DNA of 63,434 nucleotides, counting the filler, from Intoshia linei (taxonomy: Eukaryota > Animalia > Orthonectida), in assembly GCA_001642005.1 (NCBI GenBank). It is 6 parts of 6 records of this genome, joined end to end, with 100 filler letters (N's around TTAATTAATTAA, not from the genome) between each part and the next. Parts side by side here need not be neighbours in the genome. Positions count along the whole stretch, not along the records: positions 42,615 to 53,542 come from LWCA01001224.1; positions 53,643 to 60,612 come from LWCA01001615.1; positions 60,713 to 61,991 come from LWCA01002695.1; 3 more parts are not named here. One strand, written 5' to 3'. This document shows positions 48,116 through 61,400 of this stretch, piece after piece (position 1 is the first letter of the stretch; every line of letters starts with the position of its first letter). Under the pieces are notes generated by a model. It saw only the letters and a program-made list of their open reading frames with translations, was not told the origin of the DNA and ran no database searches. Position numbers and translations under genes: made by a program.

Positions 48116-51100
48116 ATGCACGACGGTAGATAATTAATTGATTAAAATTATGATTTGAATTTTAGATTACAGCTCAATACCTAGAAAAAATAACATTACA
48201 GGTGCATTTGTTAATGCTATACCTTTATCAGCCGTTTGTGCCATTTTTTGTGGTGGACGGAGATGTAAATATTGCAACCCTATAACCAAATTCGCTGAAA
48301 AAGATAAGGAAATTCCCGCACTATATTCAAATTGGATTACAAATCGAATTTTAGCTTCTTCAAGGCCTAATGACGGTACAATTGAGCAGATCATTGATGA
48401 ATTTAAGAAAAATAAAATTAAAAGTATCATAAACTTACAAAAACCTGGTAAAAAATTATTTAAATATCAATTGATATATCATTTTGAATAGGCGAACATG
48501 CATATTGTGGGTATCCGTTAGGAAATTCAGGGTTTTCTTATAACCCACAAACATTCATGAATGCAGACAGTATATTTGTGTGTTATCAATGTTGCATTAT
48601 CATTTAGTATACTTTTACAATTATGGCTTTGATGATTTTGGTACAATACCGGTAGAACAAATGGTGATGGATTAAATATACTCATTTTTTTTATTTATAA
48701 TTTTAGATTGACGCTGTTCACGTTCTCGATTATGCTGTAAGTCAAGGAAGTGTTTGTATTCATTGTCATGCCGGTTTAGGTAATTTTGATATTAATCAAA
48801 ATTCTAATTTATATTTCTATTTGGCAATTTACACATGTTAAAAAAGGTTACAGTTATAATATATCACATAATCATAAAATAACGTGTAAAAAATTTTGTT
48901 TGCATCTTAAAATTATGTATAAAAAAGGTATTTAAGTTAAATACCTTAAGTTTAACTATCAGTTGTTTATTATTTTAGTAGTGTTAGTTTTCTTGAAATT
49001 TTGTAAAAATAATACTAAATTTTTGATTTTGTCCATGAAGATGCAATTTTGAGATTATAAATTTATAAGAATTATTTTATTTGAAATTAAAATTACAGAA
49101 AATTCAGTTTTTTTCATTTAAAAAAAGGGATAATATTGTTTTTGGGCCGTTAATATTCAAATGTATTTATCTTTTATCACCGGAACAGAATGACTGGGAA
49201 TTTTTGTTTTTTAAATTTCTAGGATAATCAATTTTCTATAATAAACTGTATCAGCATAATCTTTTTTTAAATTCTACGACTATTAGTTATTTAATTTTTT
49301 TGTTATAAAATACAATGTAAAAGTGCTTTTTAGTCAAAAATTTAGACCGAGAAGGCTTGAATTTGTGAGATTTAAAATTTTTGTGTATATTACCTGGAAA
49401 TAACTATAAATTCTATGAATCCCTCATCTTTTAAAAAAAGGTTAATCTGGGGTTTCGATCGTAAAAATGCACTTTGTTGACTTTGCTTTTGATGATAATG
49501 TTAATAATTTGTGTTTTTTTTTAAATTTTAGGACTGATTATTTTTAAAAAAAAAAAGCTATTTGGGATTTTGATCCTTAAGGACTCAATTTTTGAATATG
49601 GAATTTGAGATGAAACATAACTAGCGAAAAAATATATTAGAAGTTAATTTTTTTTTGAGTCTTGGTGTTTTAATTAAAAGGTAACACACAACCAAAAAAG
49701 AAAACAAGAAAAAGTTTTTTTGACATATCAACTGAAACGTCTTGCCATCACTGCATTAGAGCGTCGCTGCGCACACTTTGGGAATTACTGAACTAGACTA
49801 CTGAAATAGATGTAAATTTATGATAAAGATATAACATACTAACCCTAAATAATCGTATCATTATTCTGACTGAGTAATTTCTTTTAAGTGCCCTCCACCA
49901 AGGAAACTTTTCAGAATTTTGCCTTATTTTATGTATTATTTAATTTAATTTTTAGGTAGAACAGGTCTATTGATTGCATGTTATCTAATTTATACTCGTA
50001 GAATTACTAGCAAAAATTCAATTGATTTTGTAATATTTTTTGTTATTTTTAGATAAAACATAATTTCCATTCTCAACCAGTTGAGATGTAAACTTTGATA
50101 TGTACTTTAGGGTTGTTGATTTGGGAGCTTTTTTTATTTTTGATAAATCCCAGTAATGATTTTATTTGAGTTTAATTTATCTGTTTTTGCATTTCAATAG
50201 CCAAATAATTATCACCTATGGGTGAATAAGCGCCTTGGAATTGGTTATCGCAGAATTATCGAATCTATTTTAAATTTTTTTTTATATTCATTTTTTATTT
50301 AAAATTACATATTTTAATTATGGAAATACGACTTAAGGTTATAAATCAGGTCAAAAATATCAAAAAAACTTTTCCTCCATATTATTAATAATAATTAAAA
50401 TAAAATAATAATAATACTTTTTTTTATTTTTTAATAATATTAATCATTTTCTTCATGTGTGACATTATGTTCTGTACGACCCCATCATCAAGGAAAAGTA
50501 AATAGGTAAAATTGAAAAATTTTTTAATTATATCAAAATTACAGTACAGGCTGATTCCTCGTGGTCATATTTGTATACATTGCATTTGTATCATAATTGG
50601 TCATGAAATAAAATCGCATTCCGTCAACGAGAAATTTTTTTTAAATAATATATACATTAAAACAGTAGTTCCCGATTGGTGTACAAAATTATAGTCTCAG
50701 GGTCCGTTAATAATATAGTGACATTCAAATAAAATATAGAAAAATTTTGATCAACTTTTTTTTATTTTTATGGGGAATTTTTAATATTTATTACAGAGTT
50801 TCTTGAATCTAGATGTTGATTATATCAAAGCTAACGACGGCTTCATTATTATTTCAAAAATACCAATTTTATCCCACCACTAATAAAATTTCAAGCCATC
50901 AGGGAAAAATAACCTTTTTTCAATATTTTTTTTGAAAAACACGATTTTACCAAATCTTAAGAGGAAACCTCTTATTCCAACCCCAAAATAAAACTTCAAT
51001 GTTACCAACGCTTAAGAGAAATACCCTCTTTTTCCAATATTATTTTGAAAAGCCGATTTAACTAAATCCTATGAAAAAAAACTTTAATTATTTTATCAAT

Positions 51101-52573
51101 ATTTTATATTTCATGTTTCCCTTTGGATCCAAAAAAATAAATATTTTGAAATTGGGGATTCGTAAACTATTTTAACCGGGAACCAATCCATTAAAACAAC
51201 GAAAAAAATAAAATATTTTGATTTTTATTCCACTTAACCTATATTTTTCAAGTCATTTCATTTTATATAATTAATAATAAACCATTATTAATCAAGAAGA
51301 AAATAAAATGTTTTACGTATCTAAAGCTTTTAATGATAACCGAAAAAGCTTTAGTATAATAATAATAATACTAGTCATTTTAAGTTAAAATGTAACGGAA
51401 TTTTTGTACTTTACAAAAAATGTTAGTTAGTAAAATTTACAGTCCGTTAATAAGGATTTTTTCCGTTAACGTTAAATAGGAATTAGCCTGTATATTAAAA
51501 TCTTCATTTTATGACAACACACAGTATCGTGAAAATAACCGTACGGTCACTCTATATCATGCTATTCTAAATATTTGATCCATCTCTCCAAGTATCTGGT
51601 AAGATTAAATTTGACACTCAAAATATTTACAATATTCAAAAAAATATAAATTTTTTAAAAGCTCAATTTCGACAAATGAGACCCTCTCAGGATCTCTAAA
51701 CTAAGGTATGGTAAACTTAGATCTAAGTGGAAGTTACTCACATGTCCCATTTGATAAATATTTATATGCATTCGTTTCTTGGTATCAATTTTTTTAAAAA
51801 AGATCAAATAACATTAAATATTATTTTAGGTTCGGAAACGACGACCAAATTCAATACAAACCACTGTACAAATCGAAACAATATGTAAATTTGAATATTG
51901 TCTACAAAAGAAACAAATATTTTTTGATTTATTAGAATCTAAACAAACCTACGTTTCTGCTAGAGCAAACAATTTTGAAAGCAACAATCTTGCCATAGAT
52001 GATGACGGATCAGAATGTTCGTCTTTGGAAGAGAGTAAAGCGATGGGATATAGCTTAAGAAAATTAAAATCAAAGAAACCAACCTTGTCTGAAATGTTTT
52101 GCCGTCAAAATTTTTTGATACATGGAAATAAAACCAAATTACTAAAATATATTCCCCTTATCGTTTACGAAATATCAATTAAACTATTAAAGTTGCTTAA
52201 TTGCGACCAATTACTTCATGATGACGATTTTAAATTATATTTCTCGATAAACACAAATACTGCCATACATAAAGACGAGGGAAGTGATATAAATTCAAAT
52301 AAAATCAAATGCGATGATAATCAAGATAACATAGAAAAAGTTGATACAATTTTAAACATTACAAAACTGTTGAATGTTTACAATGATGATAAATCGACTT
52401 TTACGGTGGGAAATATCTTTGAAGAAACTCTAAATTTTGATCAACATGAGTTGGATTATATTGGAGCTCAAAAACTCAATACAGAAGTTTATAGAATGAA
52501 TAGTTCACACACTGATTGTATTTTGTCCCAACTTTATTCCATCATTCCTTCCAAACTAATTGATGCATTTCAA
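48116..52573 (+). CDS. PTPDC1: Protein tyrosine phosphatase domain-containing protein 1 (3' end unresolved)
   Basis: IFCGGRRCKY...LYSNWITNRILASSRP; SIINLQKPG|EHAYCG; YNYGFDDFG; catalytic HCHAGLG|RTGLLIACYL; VRKRRPNSIQT. Confidence 0.92.
50547..51490. mobile_element. pogo/Tigger-like MITE hosting a nested hAT MITE
   Basis: TA|CAGGCTGATTCCT...AGGAATTAGCCTG|TA. Confidence 0.75.
50663..51188 (+). mobile_element. hAT MITE carrying an internal ~29-bp minisatellite
   Basis: CAGTAGTTCCCG...CGGGAACCAATC with a perfect 8-bp TSD CATTAAAA (50655-50662, 51189-51196). Confidence 0.82.
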
Positions 52574-53642
52574 GTATTTTTTTTATACATGTACATTAGG
52601 GCGTCCACTTTTGATACTTTTTTTTAAGCTAAGAAAAGCCATTTTGTCTGTATGTTCATTTTTATTTTTAAACAATATTACCAAAAAGAAATGAAATCGG
52701 TTAATATTTACTCCCCTTAAATGTAATTATTAAAAATATAAATGAAATAATTTTTTGATAAATACAACTTTATTTACACATTAATAAAATTAATTTTAAT
52801 ATTACATTATGTAATTTACATAACAAAATGGTTCATATAAGATATTTCATTATTAAAAAAAAATGTCTAATAAGCATTGTATTAGTATAAGTAGTATAAT
52901 AATACTACTGCATGTATTTCATTTATGAAATATTAAAGAGTTTAATAAATTTTGAAGTTGAATGTTATTTACAACTTAACATTTAATGATTTACATTTTA
53001 ATTAATTAACTCAGTAAATTGGCCTAGTTTATTGTTAAAATTTTATAATCTATTAATTAAAATTTCAAGTCTTTTCTTGATAAATGAAAATACCGTAAGT
53101 ATTAGGATTATAAAGATATTCAGGTTAATTAAATAATATGATGTTAGTAATTTGTTTATACTAGTAGAACTGTAGAATTCAAATTTCCATAGATTTATGA
53201 ACTATCCGCACGTAATGGTTAAATATATTAATCCACTTGAACTCATGTATTTAACAATTTTTTTATAATAACTGCCGACTAAGTAATATGAATAAGAATT
53301 ATTAATTTTACAATAATCTAAATTTTAAGATTTCATTCATGAATTAAAACTTCATCACTTAGATAATAATATTTTCAAGTTTAGTCACACTTAAATTATA
53401 ATTTATACCTGAAAATGAAGAGAAAAGTTTTAAACAGAAAATTAAAAAATATAAAACAATATGGAGCCTTATTTACACAAGATATTGAAAGTATGAATAG
53501 ATTGCCAACCAATGCTCAAGTAATGGGTAGATATCACTATATNNNNNNNNNNNNNNNNNNNNNNNNNNNNNNNNNNNNNNNNNNNNTTAATTAATTAANN
53601 NNNNNNNNNNNNNNNNNNNNNNNNNNNNNNNNNNNNNNNNNN

Positions 53643-54380
53643 TGAATCAATTATATGACCTAACACCTTAATTGATTTCAACCCAATTTGACATTTTGCC
53701 GGATTTACAGTCCACCCATGACGTCTCAACCTTTGCAAAACAACTTTAACGTCCTTAACATGATCAACTTCTGATTTATAAAAAATTATTATATCGTATA
53801 AATAAGCAACTACACACGATAAATCCGCTAAAACCGTATCACTCAACCTTTGACAGGTCGCAGGCCCGTTATTCAACCCATACGATAACACCTTAAACTG
53901 AAACAACTTATTTCTCAACCTTAATGCATTCGTTGCAAATGCAGTCAACGATCTATGCTTTTTCTTCAACGGTACTTCCCAAAACCCTTTTGACAAATCT
54001 AATGTACTAAACACCGAACCACTTTTCAAGAAATCAAACATCTCTCCTTGATTTGGAGTAGGGTAAGAATCAACTTTTGTCAACTCTCTAAAATCAACTA
54101 CAAATCTATCCTTACCGTCCTTTGTAGGTACCAAAAAACATGGTGACCTCCAACTACTATAAGACGGCTCAATGACACCCAAACTACAACATTTCTTCTA
54201 AATGTTCCTTTAACTTTACTCTTAAATTCCCAGGTGCACCAAAAACGGTCCCTCTAACAGGGTTTACCCCATCTCTTAACGTAATACTATGCTCCATCAA
54301 CTTAGTTCTCCCTGAAGGTTCCGAAAAAACATCTGGGAATTGCTCAACTAAATTCCAAAAATTAGAATCCAATAACCCAA
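53643..54380 (-). mobile_element. Ty3/Gypsy pol fragment (RT), inactive
   Basis: QFPDVFSE..GRT...EHSI; GVIEPS.S.W.SP..LV..KDG..RF.VDFR.L; LDLSKGFW; YGL.NGPAT. The catalytic YLDD is mutated to YLYD, and an in-frame stop separates the two ORFs. Confidence 0.9.
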
Positions 54381-55459
54381 CTACTCATTATAATTATTGT
54401 AGCTTGAATTTTCAGATCGTCTTGGATCAGTGGTTCCTTTAAAATGATATAAAATGAAGATAACCTTTTTTAACAATAATATTAACATTAAAATTAGAAT
54501 ATTACAGGAAAATTTATAATATAATTCACAAGAATAATGCTTTTGACACTAACTAATGAATTTTTGCATTAATTTAATAGTTTACTAGGAATTAAAATAA
54601 AGGTACAGGAACTTAATAGTGCTTAAGGAAATAAAGTTGTATTTCAAGCAATTTGCAATTATCAATTATTATTCATTGCTATTATCAATTGTTATTTAAT
54701 TAAATTACTTAGAGTAAAATTTGTCATTAAAAAATGATTTAGAATTTATAATTGCATTGGATAAAAAAATATTCTCTGGTGTGAACACCATAGAATATTT
54801 TTAATTTTTTTGTAAAATGGTTGGTAGGTAAAAAATTAATCTTAATATTTCAGTTTTAACTTGGGTCTGTAGTCTAAATAAATAAATAACTTCAATTAAT
54901 TAATTAAGAAAATAATGAATGCGTTTAAGTGATTTTGTTAAACTTAACTAAGCTTTAGTTGCTAAAATTTGATTAAGTAAAGTTTAGTTACTAAATATTT
55001 TCCTGTAATATGCTATTTATTTAATGGTGAATAATATTGTCGTCTATTATTTATTAATAATGAATCATTATCTATTATTTATTATTATTAGTGAACATAA
55101 ACATCATTTTATTTAAATGAAGTGAAAACTCACTGAGTAACGTGAATAATTTTGACGTGCGTTAAAATTAATATATGAATGATTTAGCTTAGTTTGATAG
55201 TAGTTCCCGGAACCGAACCTAGGAAGCTCGTGACCTCTTCTAAAATGAAAAATAACCCCTTAAAAAATTTTGTTAACGAATTATATTGTCATATAATCCT
55301 AACCCTCTCTACGACTTTTGAGTTGACATTTTAAATTTAACATACAAATTATTTGATATTCAAGAATTTTTTTAATGCTCAATTTATTAAATTAAAACCA
55401 CCATTATAAAAAAATTTCGCCGAGATATCTCGGATACGTTCGGTTTGCCACTGGTAATT

Positions 55460-55800
55460 AGTGATTCTGATTTTCCGGGAATTACCCGGAAAAAATAAAA
55501 AATTTTTATTTATTTATAATATAGAAGCATTAAAAATTTTAGAGACCTAAATTAATTTTAGAAACTAAAATAAAGTGTTTTAAAACACATAATATTTATA
55601 GATTCGTCTTTTAAACGCGTTCTACGTTTTGTAACAAAATTAGAAGCAGTATAAAAATTTCTTTCATTTTGTGTTGACGTAGGTTGAACGGTCATAAGGG
55701 TTTCATTTAATTTTAACAATCTTGATAATAGCGTTCCAGTTCGTAACAACTTATAATATTTTATCAAAATAATATTGGAAAAAGAGGATAATTCCCTCAA
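55460..55800 (-). mobile_element. hAT transposase C-terminal dimerisation-domain remnant with terminal sequence
   Basis: LMTVQPTSTQNERNFYTASNFVTKRRTRLKDESINIMCF matches the hATC PxTSxxxERxFS motif. Candidate end TAGTGATTCTGATTTTCCGGGAATTACCCGG. Confidence 0.78.
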
Positions 55801-57656
55801 GCGTTAATAATTTGTGGTTGGATTAAGAGGTTTTTAAAAAAAGTATTGGAAAAAGGATATTTTTCCATTAAGGGCTGGAAAATTAAATTTTTTATTTGTT
55901 GTTTGATGAAGTGGATTTTTTTCATAAGATTGCGTAAAATCGGATTTTTGAAAAGAATATCGGTAATCAATATACAAATCAAATACAGGTATGTCTCAAT
56001 TTTTAAAATCAATTAAAGTCATAAAATCCATTATGATTATGTATGTTTTAAGGGGTGATTTATGTAATAATTAATTTTTGGATTAAACAATTATTTTTGA
56101 TATACTTAATTCAGATAGAAGCCGTTCAATATTGACTTATTCTATATATATTCTTCTACATAACTGAATTGCCTATTTTGACATTATAATGCAATTATAT
56201 ATTTCTTAAAAAATAGTTGAAATAATAGATTGTATAGTAATATTGTAGTTCAAATTTAATAAAATCATCAAGAATTGATCTTGAAAATTAAATTAAAGGG
56301 CTCTGACAAAGTTGATATGAAATTATGTTTCACTAATAAAACATTAACTTATGACCTTGAAAACGTAATTACTTTGTAAGATTTATATTTATATATGCGA
56401 TTACTGCTGGATTATTCTGAAATAGATTTGTAAAGCTTCCAGTCTGCAAGAATAAATAATTATGATTTTTAAAACGGCTTAATCTGAAAAAATTAAAAAA
56501 AAACTAATGTGTTTGTACAACTAGAAATACTTTTATTATAATAATAGCTTTTTATGTAAGGATAGATTGTGTTAAATAATGTACACATTACTTAAATTTA
56601 ACTCTAAAATTAAAAAATATTCAAAACCAACTCGATCATCTGCATTCCAAAATTTAATTTAAATATAATAATAATGTAATGATTTTATTATAGACGCCAA
56701 ATCAATTTAATTAAACTACTACAGTAATCAATTTTTACATGGTAAAATTGAGAATTTGATAAAATTGAATAAATGCTTAAATAAAGATCCAAAATGAAGG
56801 TAGGTAATATTTTCAATTCTATATAAGAAAGTTATACTAAAGTTAAATGTGTTGAATACAGTATGTAATGTAAACCATACAATAACTATATAAATTAAAA
56901 GTTGTTAAACATCTCATTATTGCAATTCGAAAGTAGCCATTGGCATATATTAAAAATATATGTATTTACAAATGTTAGTACAATATGTATTTAGAATTTT
57001 GTACAGCTGAGACACCAAAAATGAAAGTATTGTACATTGTTTATTTTTTACTATATTTTTACAAAGGAAAATTTTCCATCGGAGAAAGAATAAACTTTTT
57101 ATTGGGAACAAGATGCTAGGTAATCTACAAAAACGGCACACATTAAATAATTATAATTACGTACTGATGTATTGTACGAAGTACTTGAAAATAAAATAAT
57201 GCTACTGACTATAACTTTCCTATAATGAATAATTAGTGTGAATGATAGAATAACATATCTTTTCATTTAATCGGGCATCAAATTCCACTATGAGGAAGTG
57301 TATTGAAAATATCAAAAAAGTCGAATGGGTTAGTAAACTTAGTACAGCTATAGCACGAAATATTATTGACAATCCTCCAATCAAGAAAAATGTTTACCGC
57401 TAAATAATTTTTACTAATGAAAAGTCAAATTATTACGATTTTTATTAAAATTTTTTGTAATATTGCCTAATTTTTAGCTTTAGTGGTCCGCAATAAATTT
57501 TATAATTTATTACAGGCCCACTATGAAAAAAGTGTGGGAACCCCTGGCTTATAACATAAAATTTCTACTGTAATGCACTAATAATAACATAATTTGCAGA
57601 TCACTTATAATGCACTAATTCCGTAACTTTTACTTCAAGTTCGACTTGTGTTAATT

Positions 57657-57884
57657 CAGTGCTTTTTAACCAGGGGGTTGCGACCGTAAGGGGGATCGCT
57701 ATATTTATCAGGGGGTCGTGAGAATTTGAAAATTTTATGAATACATTTATTTATTTTTTTATTTTAATATATTATTGACAATAATAATGTTACGAAAATA
57801 TTTTTACATTCTGAAAATTTTTGGGTCGCAAAAATTTTTTATGTTTATAAGGGGTCGCGAACACAAAAAGGTTGAAAACCACTG
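57657..57884. mobile_element. hAT (Charlie-like) MITE
   Basis: CAGTGCTTTTTAACC...GGTTGAAAACCACTG with TSD TGTTAATT/TGTTAATC (7/8 match). Confidence 0.85.
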
Positions 57885-58119
57885 TGTTAATCTAACAATA
57901 ATATCAGAGTTGCCAGATCTCGGGATTTTATCCCATAGCCTAGACGACCGTTACTTTATTATTTAAAAAATCCCACTTTTATCACGGCATTAATAAAATT
58001 TAATAATATTTAAATTAATATTATAGTTATTATAATATTATATAATATTATAATATCTAATCTTATAATATAACTAATAAATTTATTTTATGTAATAAAA
58101 AATACAATTTCAAACCCTT

Positions 58120-58490
58120 ATAGAAAATACCTGTTTTACAATATTTTTTTATAAATCCGATTTTACCATACCTGAGGAGAAAAATTCACTTAATCCAACC
58201 CTTAAGGGAAAAATCCGTTTTTACCAAATCTTATGAGAAAAAAACTTTTATTCCAACCCAAAATAAAAAATCCCCATTTTTTCAACATTTTTTTGAAAAA
58301 TTCGATTTTACCAAACATTATGAGAAAAGTCCATATAATCTAACCCTATATAAAAATCTAATTTTACCAAGCCTTTAGGGAAAAATCTAATTTTATTAAC
58401 CCTTAAGGTAAAAGCCCCTTTTTCCAAATTTTTTTTGTAAAAATCCACTTAATCCAACCCTAAAATAAAAAATCTCATTTTACCCACCAA
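58120..58490 (+). repeat. Degenerate ~29-bp minisatellite (~12-13 units) of the hAT-MITE family
   Basis: Recurrent AAAAATCC..TTTT.CCAA.C.TTA units; the same units occur at ~50890-51090, ~31580-31630 and inverted at ~55810-55960. Confidence 0.75.
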
Positions 58491-61029
58491 TACTATTTTT
58501 CTATAAAGAACATGGCATTTATAAAAATATATTTCGATGGTAACGGCGGACATTCATATGTGTCAATAGTAGTGCAATCACTAATCAAATGTAGAAAATA
58601 TTTAGTAAGTTTTTGGAGTACTTTTATTATATTATCAGAAGAAAATGAAATGTAAGCTATACTATACAACGCTGTAATGACCATATTGACATTGACATAA
58701 TTACAGTAAAATTGTAATACAATGTATAGTAAACTAATATTAAAGTAGCATTGTAACTTTTAGCAGCTGCACTACAACTATTTTTTTTGTTTTAAAAATT
58801 AATTTCATTAGAAAAGCTGCTTTACATTTAATTGGTAGTTTTAATTAATTTTGAGTAGTAACATTTAATTTATTGATTATGGAAAATATACTAAATACAA
58901 GTTCTGAAAATTCATGCAAACAAAATAAAATGTAATGTTAGTAAAGTGATGTTAGTATCCCTGTAAAAAAATAAAATAATAATATCTTAAAAGTCAACGT
59001 AAAAATCGTATTTAATTTACATTTTTAAAAACGACCCCATTAATATGGAACATAATCAATAATGACAATTAATAAATGGTAAAATAAATATAGAAGCTGT
59101 TTTTGATAAGATTTAAATTTTATTTTATTCAATAAAGCAAAATTTCTCTTAAATACATAAAAGTAACAAAACTATGTATGAAATAAATAACCAATGAATG
59201 AACAAATAATCAAAAAAATATTTTAATGTATGAATTAATGAGATATTTGTTGTTGTTTATCGGATACAAGTTTATCATATTTAGGGTTTGTTACAGGTGA
59301 AGGAACTCTTATTCAAAACCGTTCAGAGGGGCTAGGGCCAGTTCGGATCTACAATCACGAGGGTCTACTATTTTAATATATAGATAGGTAACGTAAGAAA
59401 TTTTAATTTTTATGATGACCAATGCGAACTGATTTCAAATTTTGTTCAAAATGTATATCTATTTTTTTTGTTTGTTTGTTGCAGTTTATTTAAGGCATTA
59501 AGAGGCTTAAAATTTTAAAAATACCACTTTATAATTCTTATTTTTCGTCGATTACAATTTAACGCAAATTTTATTTTAGGAAATTGATTTCTTCAAGATT
59601 AAAAACCACTATTATCCTTTATTTCAAAAATCAAACGAGTTTCTCGAATTATAAAAACTAGAATTTTACACAACATAAATTTTGGATAGTGTTTAAAATC
59701 ATAAACATTATCATAAATTGCAAACCCAAAAAATGCATTTTTACGATCAAAGCCCCATATTACCTTTTTTTAAAAAATGAAAATAGTCCTAGAATTTAAA
59801 AAAGAATACAGTTATATCCAGTTAACGCACAAAAAAATTTCAATATGACAAAGTGACGCCTTCACGGGAAAATTATGAATATGAAATTTATGACAATATT
59901 AATGATTTTAAAACGCGTTCCAGATTTTATGTTTTATTAAATTTTTGGGCTAATTTAATTTATATATAATAGGCAAATTGGGTTTTTGTAATATAAATAG
60001 TAGATAGACAAAACATAAAATTTTGATCAAAAAAGTATATAAAAAGCGGACCATGTGCTCTGAAAAGTTGTGTTTTTCAAATTATTTAAATAATTTTATA
60101 CATTATAATTATAAATTAATTATTAATTATAAATAATTAATTACATAAACCAGCGCCACCAAAAGTTAAAAATTTTTCTACCTCAAGTGAAAAACTCTCC
60201 TCGTAGATATAGTATATTAAATTTATATACTCATATAATTTTTAGTGTGTTTCATCAATATTTTTAATTTAGTTTTTATTCAGTAGAAATTGTTCTAAAA
60301 AATGGTCACTTTAAAAAAATTTAAATAAATTTAAATTTAAAATAATGTATAAGGAAGTTTTTAATTAATATAATAAAAAAAAGTTCATGAAACTTGTCAC
60401 AATTTTAGGTATATGCAAGGACAGCTTAAAACTATACAGTATTTAGTATACAGTAGTCTTTGGTATATGCCATATTTATTTTCAACATTGAGTCAATACT
60501 ATTCTATGTAATTGGACAAAACTATATGACCCTAGCAAAAAAAAAGTTAACGTACATTTATCGGCCATAAAATTTGAAAATACTCTAAAATAAACCTGGA
60601 AAGAGTCTTTGGNNNNNNNNNNNNNNNNNNNNNNNNNNNNNNNNNNNNNNNNNNNNTTAATTAATTAANNNNNNNNNNNNNNNNNNNNNNNNNNNNNNNN
60701 NNNNNNNNNNNNAACCTGGTGTACGTCAGTAAAAATCGAATAAAAAAATTAAAGTGAAATTATATCTCATGCTTAGGTGTTGAAAGTTTTTTTTATTTTT
60801 CTTAAATAATGTAATATGGACCATACCCAGTGAATTACTATTTTTATATGTAAAATATAACAATAAGCATAATAAGATCTGTCAAATTAATACATATATA
60901 TAGTAATAGTAATGTAATATAGTGTGATTTTTAGTACAATAAAACAACGTTTATAGCAACTTTACCATGTTGTTTTTAACCTTTTTTATACGTGCAACCA
61001 ACGATTAGTACGCATAACTATACTTTACA

Positions 61030-61400
61030 TCAGTGATTCTCAAATTTATAACTATAACTTGATATGTAGATAACCCATGCCAAACTCAAATAAGTGGCTG
61101 GCCGCATTATTTTTAAAATTTTTATCTAAATAGCTCAGATGTCTGTTTTGTGTTGAAAAGTTGAGCGGGTTGTAAAGTATCGAACATGTTTTGAGTTCGA
61201 GTGACCATGATTTTTTTAATTTTTATATAAATTTTTCGGTCAGCTATGCTAAAATTATTCAAAAGATAATCCAGATTATCATTATCAATTACTGAGTGAA
61301 AATGGCGAGTTATTTCTTCGAGGTTATTTTGTGATAATTCTATCTTGGAATTAGAAGTGAAATATTTTTTAAATTGTTTTGTATTCATTGTGCAAGATTG
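61030..61400 (-). mobile_element. Possible Charlie-like hAT remnant
   Basis: End CAGTGATTCTCAAA at ~61030. The minus ORF has KQFKKYF...FDTLQPAQLFNTKQ, weakly like Charlie-type C-termini. Confidence 0.4.

Noticed and set aside
16471-52573. Ciliary gene cluster (AHI1 + PTPDC1)
   Set aside because: Only two genes, separated by unrelated genes and a gap; compatible with chance.
58120-58490. Regularly spaced repeats suggesting a CRISPR-like array
   Set aside because: The units are contiguous and degenerate with no unique spacers, there are no cas genes, and the context is a eukaryotic MITE.
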